This document shows positions 9,514 to 19,924 of a DNA stretch of 64,000 nucleotides, piece by piece; within the stretch, counting starts at the first letter, position 1; the number at the start of each line of letters is the position of its first letter. The notes beneath the pieces were generated by a model. It was not told the DNA's origin and did no database searches. It saw only the letters and a list, made by a program, of their open reading frames with translations. A program made the position numbers and the translations under genes. The stretch spans positions 248,001-312,000 of IMG/VR virus record IMGVR_UViG_3300032236_001613; one strand, written 5' to 3'.

Positions 9514-10511
9514 TGACGTACATTTTAGTTGATACTGCAAATACTTTTTTTCGTGCAAGACATGTTGTACGTGGAAATCTCGAAGAAAAAGTAGGTCTCA
9601 GTCTCCATACAATCTTAACTAGTATTAAGAAAGCGTGGAAGGACTTTGACGGAAAACATGTTGTATTTTGCCTTGAAGGACGCAGTTGGCGTAAGGATTT
9701 TTACGAACCTTACAAACGTCAGCGGGCAGAGGCAAAAGCAGCATTATCTCCTGCTGAAGTAGAGGAAGATCGTGTTTTTTGGGAAACGTTTGATCAGTTT
9801 AAAGAATTCGTGCGAGATATGACAAACTGTACTGTGTTACAGCATCCTCAGCTTGAAGCCGATGATTTGATTGCAGGTTGGATACAAAATCATCCTAACG
9901 ACCAGCATGTTATTATTTCGACCGACGGAGATTTTGCACAACTAATTTCTCCAACTGTGCGCCAGTATAATGGAGTGACTGGCGTGACCATTACGCATGA
10001 AGGTTACTTTGATGAATTAGGTCGCCGGGTAGTCGACAAGAAAACTCAACAAGTTAAGCCTGCTCCTGATCCTCAGTGGCTCTTATTTGAAAAGTGCATG
10101 CGCGGAGATACTAGTGACAATGTCTTTAGTGCGTATCCAGGAGTGCGTACTAAGGGTACTAAAACTAAAGTCGGCTTACAGGAAGCATACGAAGATCGTA
10201 AGAGTAAAGGATATAACTGGAATAATCTTATGCTACAGCGTTGGTTAGATCATAATGGAGTTGAACACAAAGTTATTGATGATTATCAACGTAATGTAAC
10301 ACTCTGTGATTTAACTGCACAACCAGTTAATATTAAAGAGATAATTAATCAAACTATTAACGAAGCTAAAACATCTAACAAAGATATTAATCAAGTTGGC
10401 ATTCGTTTAATGAAGTTTTGTGGACGTTTTGAACTAAACAAGATTTCCGAACAGATTCAAGGATATGCTGCTCCATTAAATGCAAGGTACGTATATGACA
10501 ACAACGGCTAA
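9513..10511 (+). CDS. rnh: RNase H / 5'-3' flap exonuclease (T4 rnh-like)
   Basis: ILVDTAN, SWRKDFYEPYK, LEADDLI, IISTDGDFAQL, GDTSDNV. Confidence 0.92.
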   Translation: MTYILVDTANTFFRARHVVRGNLEEKVGLSLHTILTSIKKAWKDFDGKHVVFCLEGRSWRKDFYEPYKRQRAEAKAALSPAEVEEDRVFWETFDQFKEFVRDMTNCTVLQHPQLEADDLIAGWIQNHPNDQHVIISTDGDFAQLISPTVRQYNGVTGVTITHEGYFDELGRRVVDKKTQQVKPAPDPQWLLFEKCMRGDTSDNVFSAYPGVRTKGTKTKVGLQEAYEDRKSKGYNWNNLMLQRWLDHNGVEHKVIDDYQRNVTLCDLTAQPVNIKEIINQTINEAKTSNKDINQVGIRLMKFCGRFELNKISEQIQGYAAPLNARYVYDNNG

Positions 10512-10974
10512 GGTATTAGTTCCAAATAAAACGTGGATTTTACAAAATCAAGGTACTAAAATTGGAACTTTGAATAAAGAAAAGAAAGGGTATGCTTTTT
10601 TCAAAAAAGGCGAAAAAATCGAGTTAGGTAATCTAAACGAAGTTAAAGAAACGTTTGGTACTGATGTAGTAAAAGATGCTATTAATAATCTTAAGAATAC
10701 ATCGTTTATTGATCCAAAAGTAATTTATGATTACCCTTGCAAAACTAAACCTTATAATCCGGTTTTTAACATAAGAAAGCGATTACCAATTTATGCAAAA
10801 AGCTCCAAGAGTAAAAGTTTATATTGCGCTGGTTATTATCTAATTAAATTTAGAAAAGGGTGGACAAAAGCATTTTGTCCAAAACTTATTACATTAGAAA
10901 GATATCCATTTTTAGGTCCATTTAAAACTGAAGACGAGATGAAAAATATGCTTGCTACGGTGAATAAAGAATGA
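10495..10974 (+). CDS. Hypothetical protein
   Basis: Basic 160-aa ORF in operon context. Confidence 0.75.
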   Translation: MTTTAKVLVPNKTWILQNQGTKIGTLNKEKKGYAFFKKGEKIELGNLNEVKETFGTDVVKDAINNLKNTSFIDPKVIYDYPCKTKPYNPVFNIRKRLPIYAKSSKSKSLYCAGYYLIKFRKGWTKAFCPKLITLERYPFLGPFKTEDEMKNMLATVNKE

Positions 10975-11195
10975 AACCTTTAAACACTCTTCCTATAGAA
11001 AATTTCTTAGATAAGGCAAAAGTAGCACTTAAAACTAATCAAAAAACCTTCAATATGGACATTAAAGATGTACAATCTTTATACGATAGCCTAGCTATTG
11101 TTATGACTAGAATCGCAGGTACTTTAGATGAGAGATCCCAAACTCAACAGGTAGAAACTATTTCTATTAAAATGGACGGTGGTGGTTTTAGGTAA
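10971..11195 (+). CDS. Hypothetical protein
   Basis: 74 aa; ATGA overlap with the previous gene. Confidence 0.7.
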   Translation: MKPLNTLPIENFLDKAKVALKTNQKTFNMDIKDVQSLYDSLAIVMTRIAGTLDERSQTQQVETISIKMDGGGFR

Positions 11196-11215
11196 ATTTT
11201 AAGATAAATAATTAT

Positions 11216-11542
11216 ATGTCGACATATTCGGCATATAATTATATGAGTCGCCCAAAACCTAATGTTTTATTAGAAATTACAAATAAAAAAACTTATAAAA
11301 CCGAACAAGTTTTAGAAGCAGAGGCTATTTGGGCAGTCTTTTATAAAGATAAACCTGTTAATCTTAAAACCAGTTCGATTGTAGCCCAACAACTAGGTCC
11401 AAAGTATAAAAAAGTATCTTTTTCTAATGCCGGTCATGCACATAATCTTGCAGAAAAACTAAACAAGTTGTATAATTGCGAAGATTTTTCAGTATACAAA
11501 CTAACTACAGGTCAAAAGATTTCGGATGGATATAAAACATAA
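11216..11542 (+). CDS. Hypothetical protein (possibly leaderless; alternative start 11243)
   Basis: TAAATA at 11205-11210, 5 nt before the ATG. Confidence 0.75.
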   Translation: MSTYSAYNYMSRPKPNVLLEITNKKTYKTEQVLEAEAIWAVFYKDKPVNLKTSSIVAQQLGPKYKKVSFSNAGHAHNLAEKLNKLYNCEDFSVYKLTTGQKISDGYKT

Positions 11543-11933
11543 GTTAACCGTAGAATTTTTAACCAATTGGCTCGGATATGAGCCAACTGCTTTGGTTATC
11601 GAAAAATATTATCAAAAATGGTGGAAAAACATTAGAGAAAATGGCGAGCGTAGTCTTCGGTTAACATACGATGGTTTTACTTTTTTAAAAAACAACAACC
11701 TTTTAAAATTTTATCAAATTGACGTACTAGATGTTGTTTATACTAGCAAAGTAATGCTTCAACTAGACAAGTATCTAGTTTGTCCTTGGTATTTGTCTAG
11801 TAATAGCACAATATGGGTAAGCAGAGAAAAAACGGCTGTAGAATTAATTTTGTTCGGCGGCGATTTAGTAAAATACGGAAACTCAAAATATCAATCAGAA
11901 CTTATGTCCAAAGAAAATTCATTGACTTTGTAG
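11526..11933 (+). CDS. Hypothetical protein
   Basis: 135-aa ORF in operon context. Confidence 0.7.
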   Translation: MDIKHKLTVEFLTNWLGYEPTALVIEKYYQKWWKNIRENGERSLRLTYDGFTFLKNNNLLKFYQIDVLDVVYTSKVMLQLDKYLVCPWYLSSNSTIWVSREKTAVELILFGGDLVKYGNSKYQSELMSKENSLTL

Positions 11934-11949
11934 CATAAGAGCGTATAAT
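11922..11949 (+). promoter_or_regulatory. Sigma70-type promoter for the MoxR/VWA pair
   Basis: TTGACT, 16 bp spacer, TATAAT. Confidence 0.75.
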
Positions 11950-11992
11950 AATCTAGGTAAAGTTGTTACACTAACCATACAGGTATTTTTAT

Positions 11993-13081
11993 ATGGCAGA
12001 AAAAATTTCAGCGAATCGTACCGTTACACCAAACGAAGCCAAAAAGAGCATTCGTAAATGTATTAAAATTAAACGTCCTGTTTTTTTATGGGGCCCGCCA
12101 GGCATCGGCAAGAGCGATATTGTTAAACAAATTGGCAACGAACAGAATCGTGACGTTATTGACGTTCGACTAAGTCTTTGGGAACCTACCGATATTAAAG
12201 GTATTCCTTATTACAATTCTCAACTTAATACTATGAGTTGGGCACCTCCAGCAGAACTTCCAACTGATCCAAATAGTACTGCTATTTTATTCTTAGATGA
12301 GCTTAATTCAGCGGCACCTGCAACGCAAGCTGCAGCTTATCAGTTGGTGTTGAATCGTCGTGTTGGCACTTACCGTTTGCCTGATGGTGTCAGTATCGTG
12401 GCTGCAGGCAACCGTGAAACAGATAAAGGTGTTACTTATCGTATGCCAGCTCCGTTGGCGAATCGTTTCCTTCATCTTGAACTTTCAACTGATTTTGAAG
12501 ATTGGCTCAAATGGGCAACTGACAATATGATCCACGAACAAGTTGTTGGCTATGTTAGCTTTGCTAAACAGGATCTTTACAACTTTGATCCTAAGAGCCC
12601 GAGCCGTAGTTTTGCAACTCCTCGCTCATGGAGCTTTGTAAGCGATTTGCTTACCGATGACGACCTTGAAGATGATACACTAATGGATCTTGTATCAGGA
12701 GCTATTGGAGAAGGACTTGCACACAAATTTATGGCGCATCGTAAAGTTGCTAAACAAATGCCTAACCCAGAAGATATTCTTTCTGGTAAGATTACAAAAT
12801 GCTCAATTAAAGAAATTAGTGCAATGTATTCATTAGGTATTAGTCTCTGCTACGAGCTCAAAGGAGCTGCAGATAAAAAAGCTAAAAATTGGGATGCACT
12901 TGCTGATAATTACTTCCGCTTTTTGATGGATAACTTTCCTACGGAACTTACAGTTATGTCAGCTAAGATTGCATTGACTAATTACAATCTTCCATTTGAT
13001 ACTAGTAAACTTAAAAACTTTGACGAATTCCATGAAAAATACGGTAAGTATATTCTTACTGCAATGGACCAAGCGTTTTGA
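11993..13081 (+). CDS. MoxR-like AAA+ ATPase
   Basis: Walker A GPPGIGKS, Walker B LFLDELN, AAGNR, PLANRF, TPRSW. Confidence 0.92.
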   Translation: MAEKISANRTVTPNEAKKSIRKCIKIKRPVFLWGPPGIGKSDIVKQIGNEQNRDVIDVRLSLWEPTDIKGIPYYNSQLNTMSWAPPAELPTDPNSTAILFLDELNSAAPATQAAAYQLVLNRRVGTYRLPDGVSIVAAGNRETDKGVTYRMPAPLANRFLHLELSTDFEDWLKWATDNMIHEQVVGYVSFAKQDLYNFDPKSPSRSFATPRSWSFVSDLLTDDDLEDDTLMDLVSGAIGEGLAHKFMAHRKVAKQMPNPEDILSGKITKCSIKEISAMYSLGISLCYELKGAADKKAKNWDALADNYFRFLMDNFPTELTVMSAKIALTNYNLPFDTSKLKNFDEFHEKYGKYILTAMDQAF

Positions 13082-13085
13082 TTTG

Positions 13086-13103
13086 TGGGCCCGCAAGGGC
13101 CCA
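13086..13103 (+). terminator. GC-rich GNRA hairpin (weak terminator or mRNA stabiliser)
   Basis: TGGGCCC-GCAA-GGGCCCA; only a weak U-tail follows. Confidence 0.5.
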
Positions 13104-13124
13104 TCTTAATTAAGGAAAAATGTA

Positions 13125-14387
13125 ATGTCAAGTACCGTTATTAAAGATAAAAAAAATAAAAAACCTATTAAAGTTAAAGAATATTCACAGGCTGAAAAAA
13201 ATAAAATAGTCGAAAAACTTGTTGGGGCACGTATTGCATTGTTGCTTAAACATCCGTTTTTTGGCAATATGGCCACACGTCTCACTCTTATCGATGCTAG
13301 CGAATGGTGTCCGACTTTAGCAACCGATGGCCGTAACTTTTATTATAATAACGATTTTGTAAATAAACTCAAACCCAAAGAAGCTGAGTTCGGGTTTGCT
13401 CACGAAGTATTACATAATGTGTTCGACCACATCGGACGTCGTGGTGATCGAGATCCTGAATTATCAAATATTGCTGCCGACTTTGCTGTTAATCAAATAC
13501 TTAAAGATGAAAAAATCGGCGAAGTTCCTAATTTTATTAAAATCTTTCAGGATAACAAATATCGTAGTTGGAGCTACGAAGAAATCTATGAAGATCTAAA
13601 AAAACGCTGCAAAACTATTAATTTGTCTGATCTTGGTGAATTACTTGACGAACACCTTGACGGTGAAGGTGATTCCGAATCCGACGATGATGGCGAAAAA
13701 ATTGACGGCAACGGCAAAGGACGCCCGCGATTTACTGCTGAAGAACGCAAAAAAATCAGAGATGAAATTAAAGAAGCTATGCTTGCTGCTGCACAAGCTG
13801 CAGGCGCAGATAACACACCAGCAGGCATTCAACGAATGATCGGTGATTTTACTGCTCCTAAAATGGATTGGAGAGAATTGCTTCGTTTAAACATTCAAAG
13901 CATTATTAAAAATAATTTTAGTTTTGCTCGTCCTAATCGTAAAAGCCAACAGTGTGGTGCTGTACTTCCTGGTCTTCTTAACGAAGAAACAGTTGATGTG
14001 TGCGTTGCAATTGATATGAGCGGTAGTATTACTAATGCTCAAGCAAAAGATATGCTTAGTGAAGTTAAAGGTATTATGGATGAATATGTTGATTTTAAAT
14101 TAACTGTTTGGACTTTTGATACTAAAGTTTACAACATGCAAATTTTTACTAACGATAATGCTGACGATATTGCATCATACGTTCCTATGGGCGGTGGCGG
14201 CACGTCTTTTGAGTGCAATTGGGATTTTATGAAGGATAACGAAATCGAGCCTAAACGTTTTGTTATGTTTACCGACGGATATCCTTGCGGTGGTTGGGGA
14301 GATGAAGATTATTGTGAAACTTTGTTTATCATTCACGGTACCGAAAGTATTACTGCTCCGTTTGGACAAACTGCTTATTATAAATAA
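13125..14387 (+). CDS. Metallopeptidase-like (HExxH) + VWA-like protein (DUF2201-type), MoxR partner
   Basis: TLATDG, AHEVLH, NIAADFAVN, MIDAS motif DMSGS, GGGGTSF, FTDG. Confidence 0.88.
   Translation: MSSTVIKDKKNKKPIKVKEYSQAEKNKIVEKLVGARIALLLKHPFFGNMATRLTLIDASEWCPTLATDGRNFYYNNDFVNKLKPKEAEFGFAHEVLHNVFDHIGRRGDRDPELSNIAADFAVNQILKDEKIGEVPNFIKIFQDNKYRSWSYEEIYEDLKKRCKTINLSDLGELLDEHLDGEGDSESDDDGEKIDGNGKGRPRFTAEERKKIRDEIKEAMLAAAQAAGADNTPAGIQRMIGDFTAPKMDWRELLRLNIQSIIKNNFSFARPNRKSQQCGAVLPGLLNEETVDVCVAIDMSGSITNAQAKDMLSEVKGIMDEYVDFKLTVWTFDTKVYNMQIFTNDNADDIASYVPMGGGGTSFECNWDFMKDNEIEPKRFVMFTDGYPCGGWGDEDYCETLFIIHGTESITAPFGQTAYYK
14379..14386 (+). promoter_or_regulatory. T4-type late promoter
   Basis: Exact TATAAATA upstream of ATG 14399. 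Confidence 0.65.
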
Positions 14388-14398
14388 GTAGGTACAAA

Positions 14399-14680
14399 AT
14401 GGCACTAGCTAACGGAAAAATAAATCCACTCAATCTACTTGGCATGAGGAGATTGAGTTATATTCCGCCTCATTTTGAATCTATTATTATAGAAAATAAA
14501 GGAATCAATATTATAGACCAGTGGATCTACTTTAACTTAAATAGTAGGTATTGCATTAAAACTACTTCTGTATTAAATTCAGAAAGAAAAATAGTAACTG
14601 GTTTAGAGATCGGAATGGAGGATCATAAAGAACTTACTATGTTTAGTTTAGCATGTCCATTTTTACATAAAAATAATTAG
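14399..14680 (+). CDS. Hypothetical protein
   Basis: 93-aa ORF. Confidence 0.7.
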   Translation: MALANGKINPLNLLGMRRLSYIPPHFESIIIENKGINIIDQWIYFNLNSRYCIKTTSVLNSERKIVTGLEIGMEDHKELTMFSLACPFLHKNN

Positions 14681-14688
14681 GAGATAAT

Positions 14689-14904
14689 ATGGAAAATACT
14701 ACAGATACAAATCTATCAGTTTTAGATTTAGCTAACATTCGAGATATTCTCGATCTTGCTGCACGACGTGGTGCTTTTGCTGCCGGTGAAATGGTAGCAG
14801 TAGGAACAGTCTTTAATAAGCTTCATGCATTCGTTACTGCAGCGATGCCTCAACAGACTCCGGATGCTGCACCTGCAACAACGGATCAACCTTCGGCAGA
14901 ATAA
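14689..14904 (+). CDS. Hypothetical protein
   Basis: 71 aa; strong AGGAG RBS. Confidence 0.75.
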   Translation: MENTTDTNLSVLDLANIRDILDLAARRGAFAAGEMVAVGTVFNKLHAFVTAAMPQQTPDAAPATTDQPSAE

Positions 14905-14913
14905 GGAAAATTT

Positions 14914-15519
14914 ATGAAACATGTTGGTAAAATGAAAAATAATTCTGCAAGACTAGCAGTAGTCTACAGAACATTACCCGGTGATCCATACAGTGCGCTA
15001 GTTGTCGGAACGCAAGGGTTAGGTGATAGTTATCATGACACATTAATGAATCTTATAGAAAGTCCGGCAGGGCAACAAGCAAATGAACTTGCTGATGTAC
15101 TAGCTACCAGACGTTTTCCAGACGGATCAGTTATGTTAGGATTCTTACATCAAAACAGTCATTTAAAGAAAGTTCCTACTAGCATGGTTCTTATGACTCC
15201 TGACACGCAAACACAAATTCCGCTCGATGAGTTGAATCGCATCATTGCCGAACAAAAAGGTGTTCGTCTAGAGGATCTTGCTGTTAACGACGGTAGTGAA
15301 AAACCTAAAAATACAGCTAAAACTGTAGTAAAAGAAACTACAGATCATACTACTGCTGCTACTGTTCAGGCACCATCACAAGGATTTGATTTGTCGCCAA
15401 CAGAAAAGCGTAGCCGAGCTGATGCTTTATACAAGGAAGCAGCACGGTTACGCAAAGAGGCGGATGCAGAAGATCCACCGAAGAGTAAAAAGAAAGTAGC
15501 TAAAGTCGAGATCGAATGA
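14914..15519 (+). CDS. Hypothetical protein
   Basis: 201 aa; AAGGA RBS. Confidence 0.8.
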   Translation: MKHVGKMKNNSARLAVVYRTLPGDPYSALVVGTQGLGDSYHDTLMNLIESPAGQQANELADVLATRRFPDGSVMLGFLHQNSHLKKVPTSMVLMTPDTQTQIPLDELNRIIAEQKGVRLEDLAVNDGSEKPKNTAKTVVKETTDHTTAATVQAPSQGFDLSPTEKRSRADALYKEAARLRKEADAEDPPKSKKKVAKVEIE

Positions 15520-16001
15520 TCAAATGTATTGTTGCAGTTGATCAAAATCAAGGCATAGGTTTTAACGGATCTATGCCTTGGCCTACTTTAAAAGAAGATC
15601 TAAGTTGGTTTAAAGAAAAAACATTAGATCACATAGTATTAATGGGGTCGAATACTTACCGTAGTTTAGGTAAAAGTTTACCTAATCGTATTAATGTAGT
15701 AATTAGTTCTCAACTACATCCAAAAGCAGATTTTACATTTACAGATCCTATTGATGCAATCGAAACACTAAAAGAAAGATATAATAAAGATATTTACGTC
15801 ATAGGCGGCCAAAAAATCTATGATAGTTTAAAACATTTAATAGAAGTATTTTATGTTACTGAAATTGATTATCAATACAAATGCGATACTTTTTTTAATT
15901 TAAAGTTTGTAAAAGAAAACTTTAATAATATCGAAGAAATTAAAAAAATTGATAGTACAGAAACAACACCATCTTACACCATAAAAGAATACACAAAATG
16001 A
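15516..16001 (+). CDS. frd: Dihydrofolate reductase
   Basis: IVAVDQNQGIG, MPW, EDLSWFK, MGSNTY, LPNRINVV, VIGG, CDTFF. Confidence 0.95.
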   Translation: MIKCIVAVDQNQGIGFNGSMPWPTLKEDLSWFKEKTLDHIVLMGSNTYRSLGKSLPNRINVVISSQLHPKADFTFTDPIDAIETLKERYNKDIYVIGGQKIYDSLKHLIEVFYVTEIDYQYKCDTFFNLKFVKENFNNIEEIKKIDSTETTPSYTIKEYTK

Positions 16002-16870
16002 AACAATATTTAAAAGTACTTAAAGAAGTACTCGAAACTGGAGACGAAAGACCTGATAGAACCGGAGTAGGCACTCTTAGTAAATTTGGCATGCAAATGA
16101 AGTTTGATCTATCTAAAGGATTTCCTGCAGTAACTACAAAAAAACTTGCATGGCGTGCTGTTGTTAGCGAACTACTTTGGTTTATTGAAGGTAGTGGCGA
16201 CGAGCTAAGGCTAAGAGAAATTCTACACGGTGATAGACATAGTAATCAAAAAACTATCTGGACTGATAATGCTAGTGCACCATATTGGGTTAAAAGAAAT
16301 CATCAACGACATCCTGGTGATTTAGGACGTATATACGGAGTACAATGGCGTAGATGGCGTAAACCTGTTATTAGAATTAATAAAGTTGTTTTACATAATC
16401 ACGATCAACTATTAGAATTAATCAACGGTATTAAAGACGATCCTTATAGTAGACGCCATATTTTATCTGCGTGGAATCCTGGTGAAATAGAGCTCATGGC
16501 TCTTCCACCGTGCCATGTAATGTGTCAATTTTATGTTAATAACGGAAAACTTAGTTGTCAAATGTACCAGCGATCAGGTGATTTATTTTTAGGCGTTCCT
16601 TTTAATATTGCCAGTTATTCATTACTAACACATATGATTGCTCAAGTTTGTCATTTAGAGGTAGGAGAATTGATAATTGTTCTAGGTGATGCACACATTT
16701 ACAATAATCATATTGAGCAGGTTAAAGAACAGCTGAATAGAGTACCTTTTCCATTGCCCAAATTAATGCTTAATCCAGATATTGATGTTATAACAGACTT
16801 TGAAATGGACGACATCTCATTAGTTGATTATCAGTGTCACGATACGATTAAAGCTGATATGCTGATTTAA
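15998..16870 (+). CDS. thyA: Thymidylate synthase
   Basis: DRTGVGT, TTKK, ELLWF, YGVQWR, ALPPCH, YQRSGDLFLGVPFNIASY, DAHIY; uninterrupted. Confidence 0.97.
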   Translation: MKQYLKVLKEVLETGDERPDRTGVGTLSKFGMQMKFDLSKGFPAVTTKKLAWRAVVSELLWFIEGSGDELRLREILHGDRHSNQKTIWTDNASAPYWVKRNHQRHPGDLGRIYGVQWRRWRKPVIRINKVVLHNHDQLLELINGIKDDPYSRRHILSAWNPGEIELMALPPCHVMCQFYVNNGKLSCQMYQRSGDLFLGVPFNIASYSLLTHMIAQVCHLEVGELIIVLGDAHIYNNHIEQVKEQLNRVPFPLPKLMLNPDIDVITDFEMDDISLVDYQCHDTIKADMLI

Positions 16871-18291
16871 TAGCCAATTGCCATCCAATGGAAGCCGGTA
16901 TAATAATTACCGGCTGTACCACTACTTTGTATATAGATAGAACATCCGGATGTAGTTATCGTAGTATGTAAAATTTGTGTCCACCAATCTGCACCAGTAT
17001 TAGATAAGTTTCCTAATCCTAATGTTGCATTAACGCAACTCGGCGGAGTAGTGAAAGGTGCTCCACCAAAAGAAAGAGCAACGCTTCCCTGGCCTACTGT
17101 TCCGTCATTTAATGACGAGTAAGTAACTGTTTGGTAACCCCAAGCAATAATCATTCCTCCGGGCATCTTTTGCCAGCCAGATGTCGTGGTTAATTTTTGA
17201 TTACTTGCACCGGTAAACGATGCTAATCCAATAGCACCGACTGAATTAAAACTTACAATTTGACTTGTTGCAGCATTAACAACTGTACCGGGAGTTACAC
17301 CGGCACCGCTACTGTTAAATGTTATTCCGTTAGATAACGATCCTGCACTAGATGCAAATGTTGCACTACTAACTCCGCCGATAAAATTAGCAGCACGTAA
17401 ATTACCTGAGCTATCTCTAGCCGCGATGGTATTTGCAGTGCTCGACGTGACTGCTGTTTGATAAGTAGAATTATTTACTAATAAAGCATTAGCTGATGTA
17501 GCAACTCCATATAGTGTTTGTGCATAAATGTTTCCATAAGGATCTCTTGCTACTATTGTGCTAGGAACCGACCCGTCTGATGCAGAATAATAACTAACAC
17601 CTTCCAGTGTGTTTACAAAAGTTGATAAACTGTCTGCCCTTAATGCGTCAGATGCGCTGCCAAAAAATAAATATCCATCGTTAATAGTAGTTGCTGTTTT
17701 ACCGTTAGCATCTGCACCAGGAAGACTAATTCCTTTGCCAATGTACGAAAAGCTTGAATATATCGTATCACTAATATTTACAGAATATGGAGTATCTACA
17801 GAACTTAAATATACAGTATTAGTATTAATATTTGATTTTAGAACTAGATGACTAACGTTACTATTATCTTTAACTGTAGCTAATACCGACGACGATCCGC
17901 CTGACGAACCCGATCCACTTACATTTATAAAAGTTCCGCCATAGTTTATTGATAATTGATTTGTATTTGGGTTGAACCAAAAATCTCCGGTAGTCGAATT
18001 ATTTGGTTGTGTTTTTGCTGTGGATGTGAATGACAATGGTTTAAAAGTCAATCCATCATAGACATTTAATTTTAAGTTTGTTGAATCAAACCATAATTGC
18101 CCTTGTACTGGATTTTTAGGACTTGATGATTTAGAAAAATTTTCTAATAGATAAAATAAATTTTGATCTAAAATTGCACCGTACCCGGCATAGTTTCTAC
18201 CTACAAATGTTAATGACGTAGAATTATCAATAGACCCATCGGCTACTGTTGTAAGAGTTTTTCCGTTTGATTTTGTTATAATATAAGGCAT
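16867..18291 (-). CDS. Tail fibre-like virion protein (paralog 4)
   Basis: Shared N-terminal module; C-terminal GWQKMPGGMIIAWG...FHWMAIGY fibre-tip motif. Confidence 0.75.
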   Translation of the reverse strand: MPYIITKSNGKTLTTVADGSIDNSTSLTFVGRNYAGYGAILDQNLFYLLENFSKSSSPKNPVQGQLWFDSTNLKLNVYDGLTFKPLSFTSTAKTQPNNSTTGDFWFNPNTNQLSINYGGTFINVSGSGSSGGSSSVLATVKDNSNVSHLVLKSNINTNTVYLSSVDTPYSVNISDTIYSSFSYIGKGISLPGADANGKTATTINDGYLFFGSASDALRADSLSTFVNTLEGVSYYSASDGSVPSTIVARDPYGNIYAQTLYGVATSANALLVNNSTYQTAVTSSTANTIAARDSSGNLRAANFIGGVSSATFASSAGSLSNGITFNSSGAGVTPGTVVNAATSQIVSFNSVGAIGLASFTGASNQKLTTTSGWQKMPGGMIIAWGYQTVTYSSLNDGTVGQGSVALSFGGAPFTTPPSCVNATLGLGNLSNTGADWWTQILHTTITTSGCSIYIQSSGTAGNYYTGFHWMAIGY

Positions 18292-18315
18292 TGTTTTTAA
18301 TCCACTCTATTTAAT

Positions 18316-19914
18316 TTAAGCATAGTATCCGATTAATCTAATTGCTACAGCTTCCATACCGCCACCGTTTTGTGGCCTTGCAGGTATAGAGTAATCAAAG
18401 CTTCCGGCAGGGTAAGTATTAGATCCGTTTACCTCCGTAGTCTGTCTTACAGGTACAGTTACCTGAACCATGTTTACTGTTTGATTCCAATATTTGTATT
18501 CTGAAGTTGCAGCTCTAGCTAATAATAAGCAATCGCTCCATGGCCAACTTGGATAAGTAGTTCCTAATCCTGTAGTAGATAAATTTCTACCTAAAACAAC
18601 GGCAGTATTATAATTATTTGACGGTGTTCCGTCACCTATCCAATGAGCAGTATAATGTATTTCGAGTATTACTGATTTAACATTTGCTGGCAATCCTGAG
18701 GAAGATATAGTGTTGAATGTTGTCCATGGAACATTTAATACTGTAGTATTTGCACCTAAATTTTGAGATCCAGAAAGAAAAGGTACTCCATCTCCTGTTA
18801 AATCAAAAATAGTATACGGATTTATAAATCCAAAGCTTGGTGCTAACCCTGCTACTTGTGTTAACACACCAGATACTGCAGTATCAACATAGGTTTTAAC
18901 AGCTCGTTGTGATGCTAAGTAATCGTTACGATTTGATGCTAGTGTTGCATCTGTATCAAATTTAGAAACAACTGTTGAAAAAGGATCAACTAATTGTGCA
19001 TTAAAATTAACTACAGCTGCATTAGAAGTTCCTACATTAACATTCTGAGAATATAGATTATTCCATTTATATGAAGAAGACCCTAGATTAGAACCTAAAT
19101 TTGAATAAGGTAATAAATCAGAATTTACTGACCAGTTTCCAGATAATAACCCATTTGTGCTATATATTGCCGGAGTTTGTACAGAACTAGCACTAATTGC
19201 TCCAGTACCATCACGTTGTACTAAAGTTTCAGCATTGCTAGATGTTGATGCACTTATAAAATTTGTATTTTCAGCGTTTCTTAAAGCGTAAGAATTTTGA
19301 GAGCTATAACTGTTACCAAACAATGTAGCATCATTCGATGCTCCGTTTTTAAGAGTTATTCCTCTAACCACTGATGGAAATCCACTAACAGCATTTGAAC
19401 TATTAATACTAAATGCTGTGCTGCTTATTATTGCAACAACTTCATTATCAACATAACATTCAATTACTGGATGATAGGTATTTGTTAAATCTGCTAATTT
19501 AGTTGACACCATTCTAGTTGTGCCAAATCCAGATACTCCTTCGGGACCAATAAGACTCAAACTGGTACCATTATAAACACTAAGTTGGTTGTTTGTTGTA
19601 TCGAAATATAAATTTCCTAATGTATTTGCATTTGCAGAATTAGTTGTTAATAAAGTTAAAGTTTCCCAAGCAGACCCATTATAAACTTTTAATCCTTGCC
19701 CCGAAGTATCAAACCAAAGTTGACCTTTAACAGGTAAAGCTGGTGCAGTAGTCTTAGCAAAATTTTCTAGCAAATAAACAAAATTTTCATTTTGCAATGT
19801 TCCAAAATTGTAAAGATTTTTTCCAGGAAGAGTAAGGCTAGTACTATTATCATAAGTACCATCAGCTATAGTTGCTAATATTGTTCCATCGCTTTTTCTA
19901 ATCGTATATGCCAT
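18316..19914 (-). CDS. Tail fibre-like virion protein (paralog 3)
   Basis: Shared N-terminal module; SQRAVKTYVD fibre motif. Confidence 0.7.
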   Translation of the reverse strand: MAYTIRKSDGTILATIADGTYDNSTSLTLPGKNLYNFGTLQNENFVYLLENFAKTTAPALPVKGQLWFDTSGQGLKVYNGSAWETLTLLTTNSANANTLGNLYFDTTNNQLSVYNGTSLSLIGPEGVSGFGTTRMVSTKLADLTNTYHPVIECYVDNEVVAIISSTAFSINSSNAVSGFPSVVRGITLKNGASNDATLFGNSYSSQNSYALRNAENTNFISASTSSNAETLVQRDGTGAISASSVQTPAIYSTNGLLSGNWSVNSDLLPYSNLGSNLGSSSYKWNNLYSQNVNVGTSNAAVVNFNAQLVDPFSTVVSKFDTDATLASNRNDYLASQRAVKTYVDTAVSGVLTQVAGLAPSFGFINPYTIFDLTGDGVPFLSGSQNLGANTTVLNVPWTTFNTISSSGLPANVKSVILEIHYTAHWIGDGTPSNNYNTAVVLGRNLSTTGLGTTYPSWPWSDCLLLARAATSEYKYWNQTVNMVQVTVPVRQTTEVNGSNTYPAGSFDYSIPARPQNGGGMEAVAIRLIGYYA

Positions 19915-19924
19915 TCTCTATTCC

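Noticed and set aside
15998-16870. Intron in thymidylate synthase (as in T4 td), or an intein in the polymerase or gp46
   Set aside because: The ORFs are continuous and of normal length, with no intein or intron signatures.
16867-16870. Overlapping convergent stop codons (thyA/fibre; also abutting genes at 53007/53008) as antisense regulation
   Set aside because: This is common genome compaction in phages, and there is no further evidence of function.
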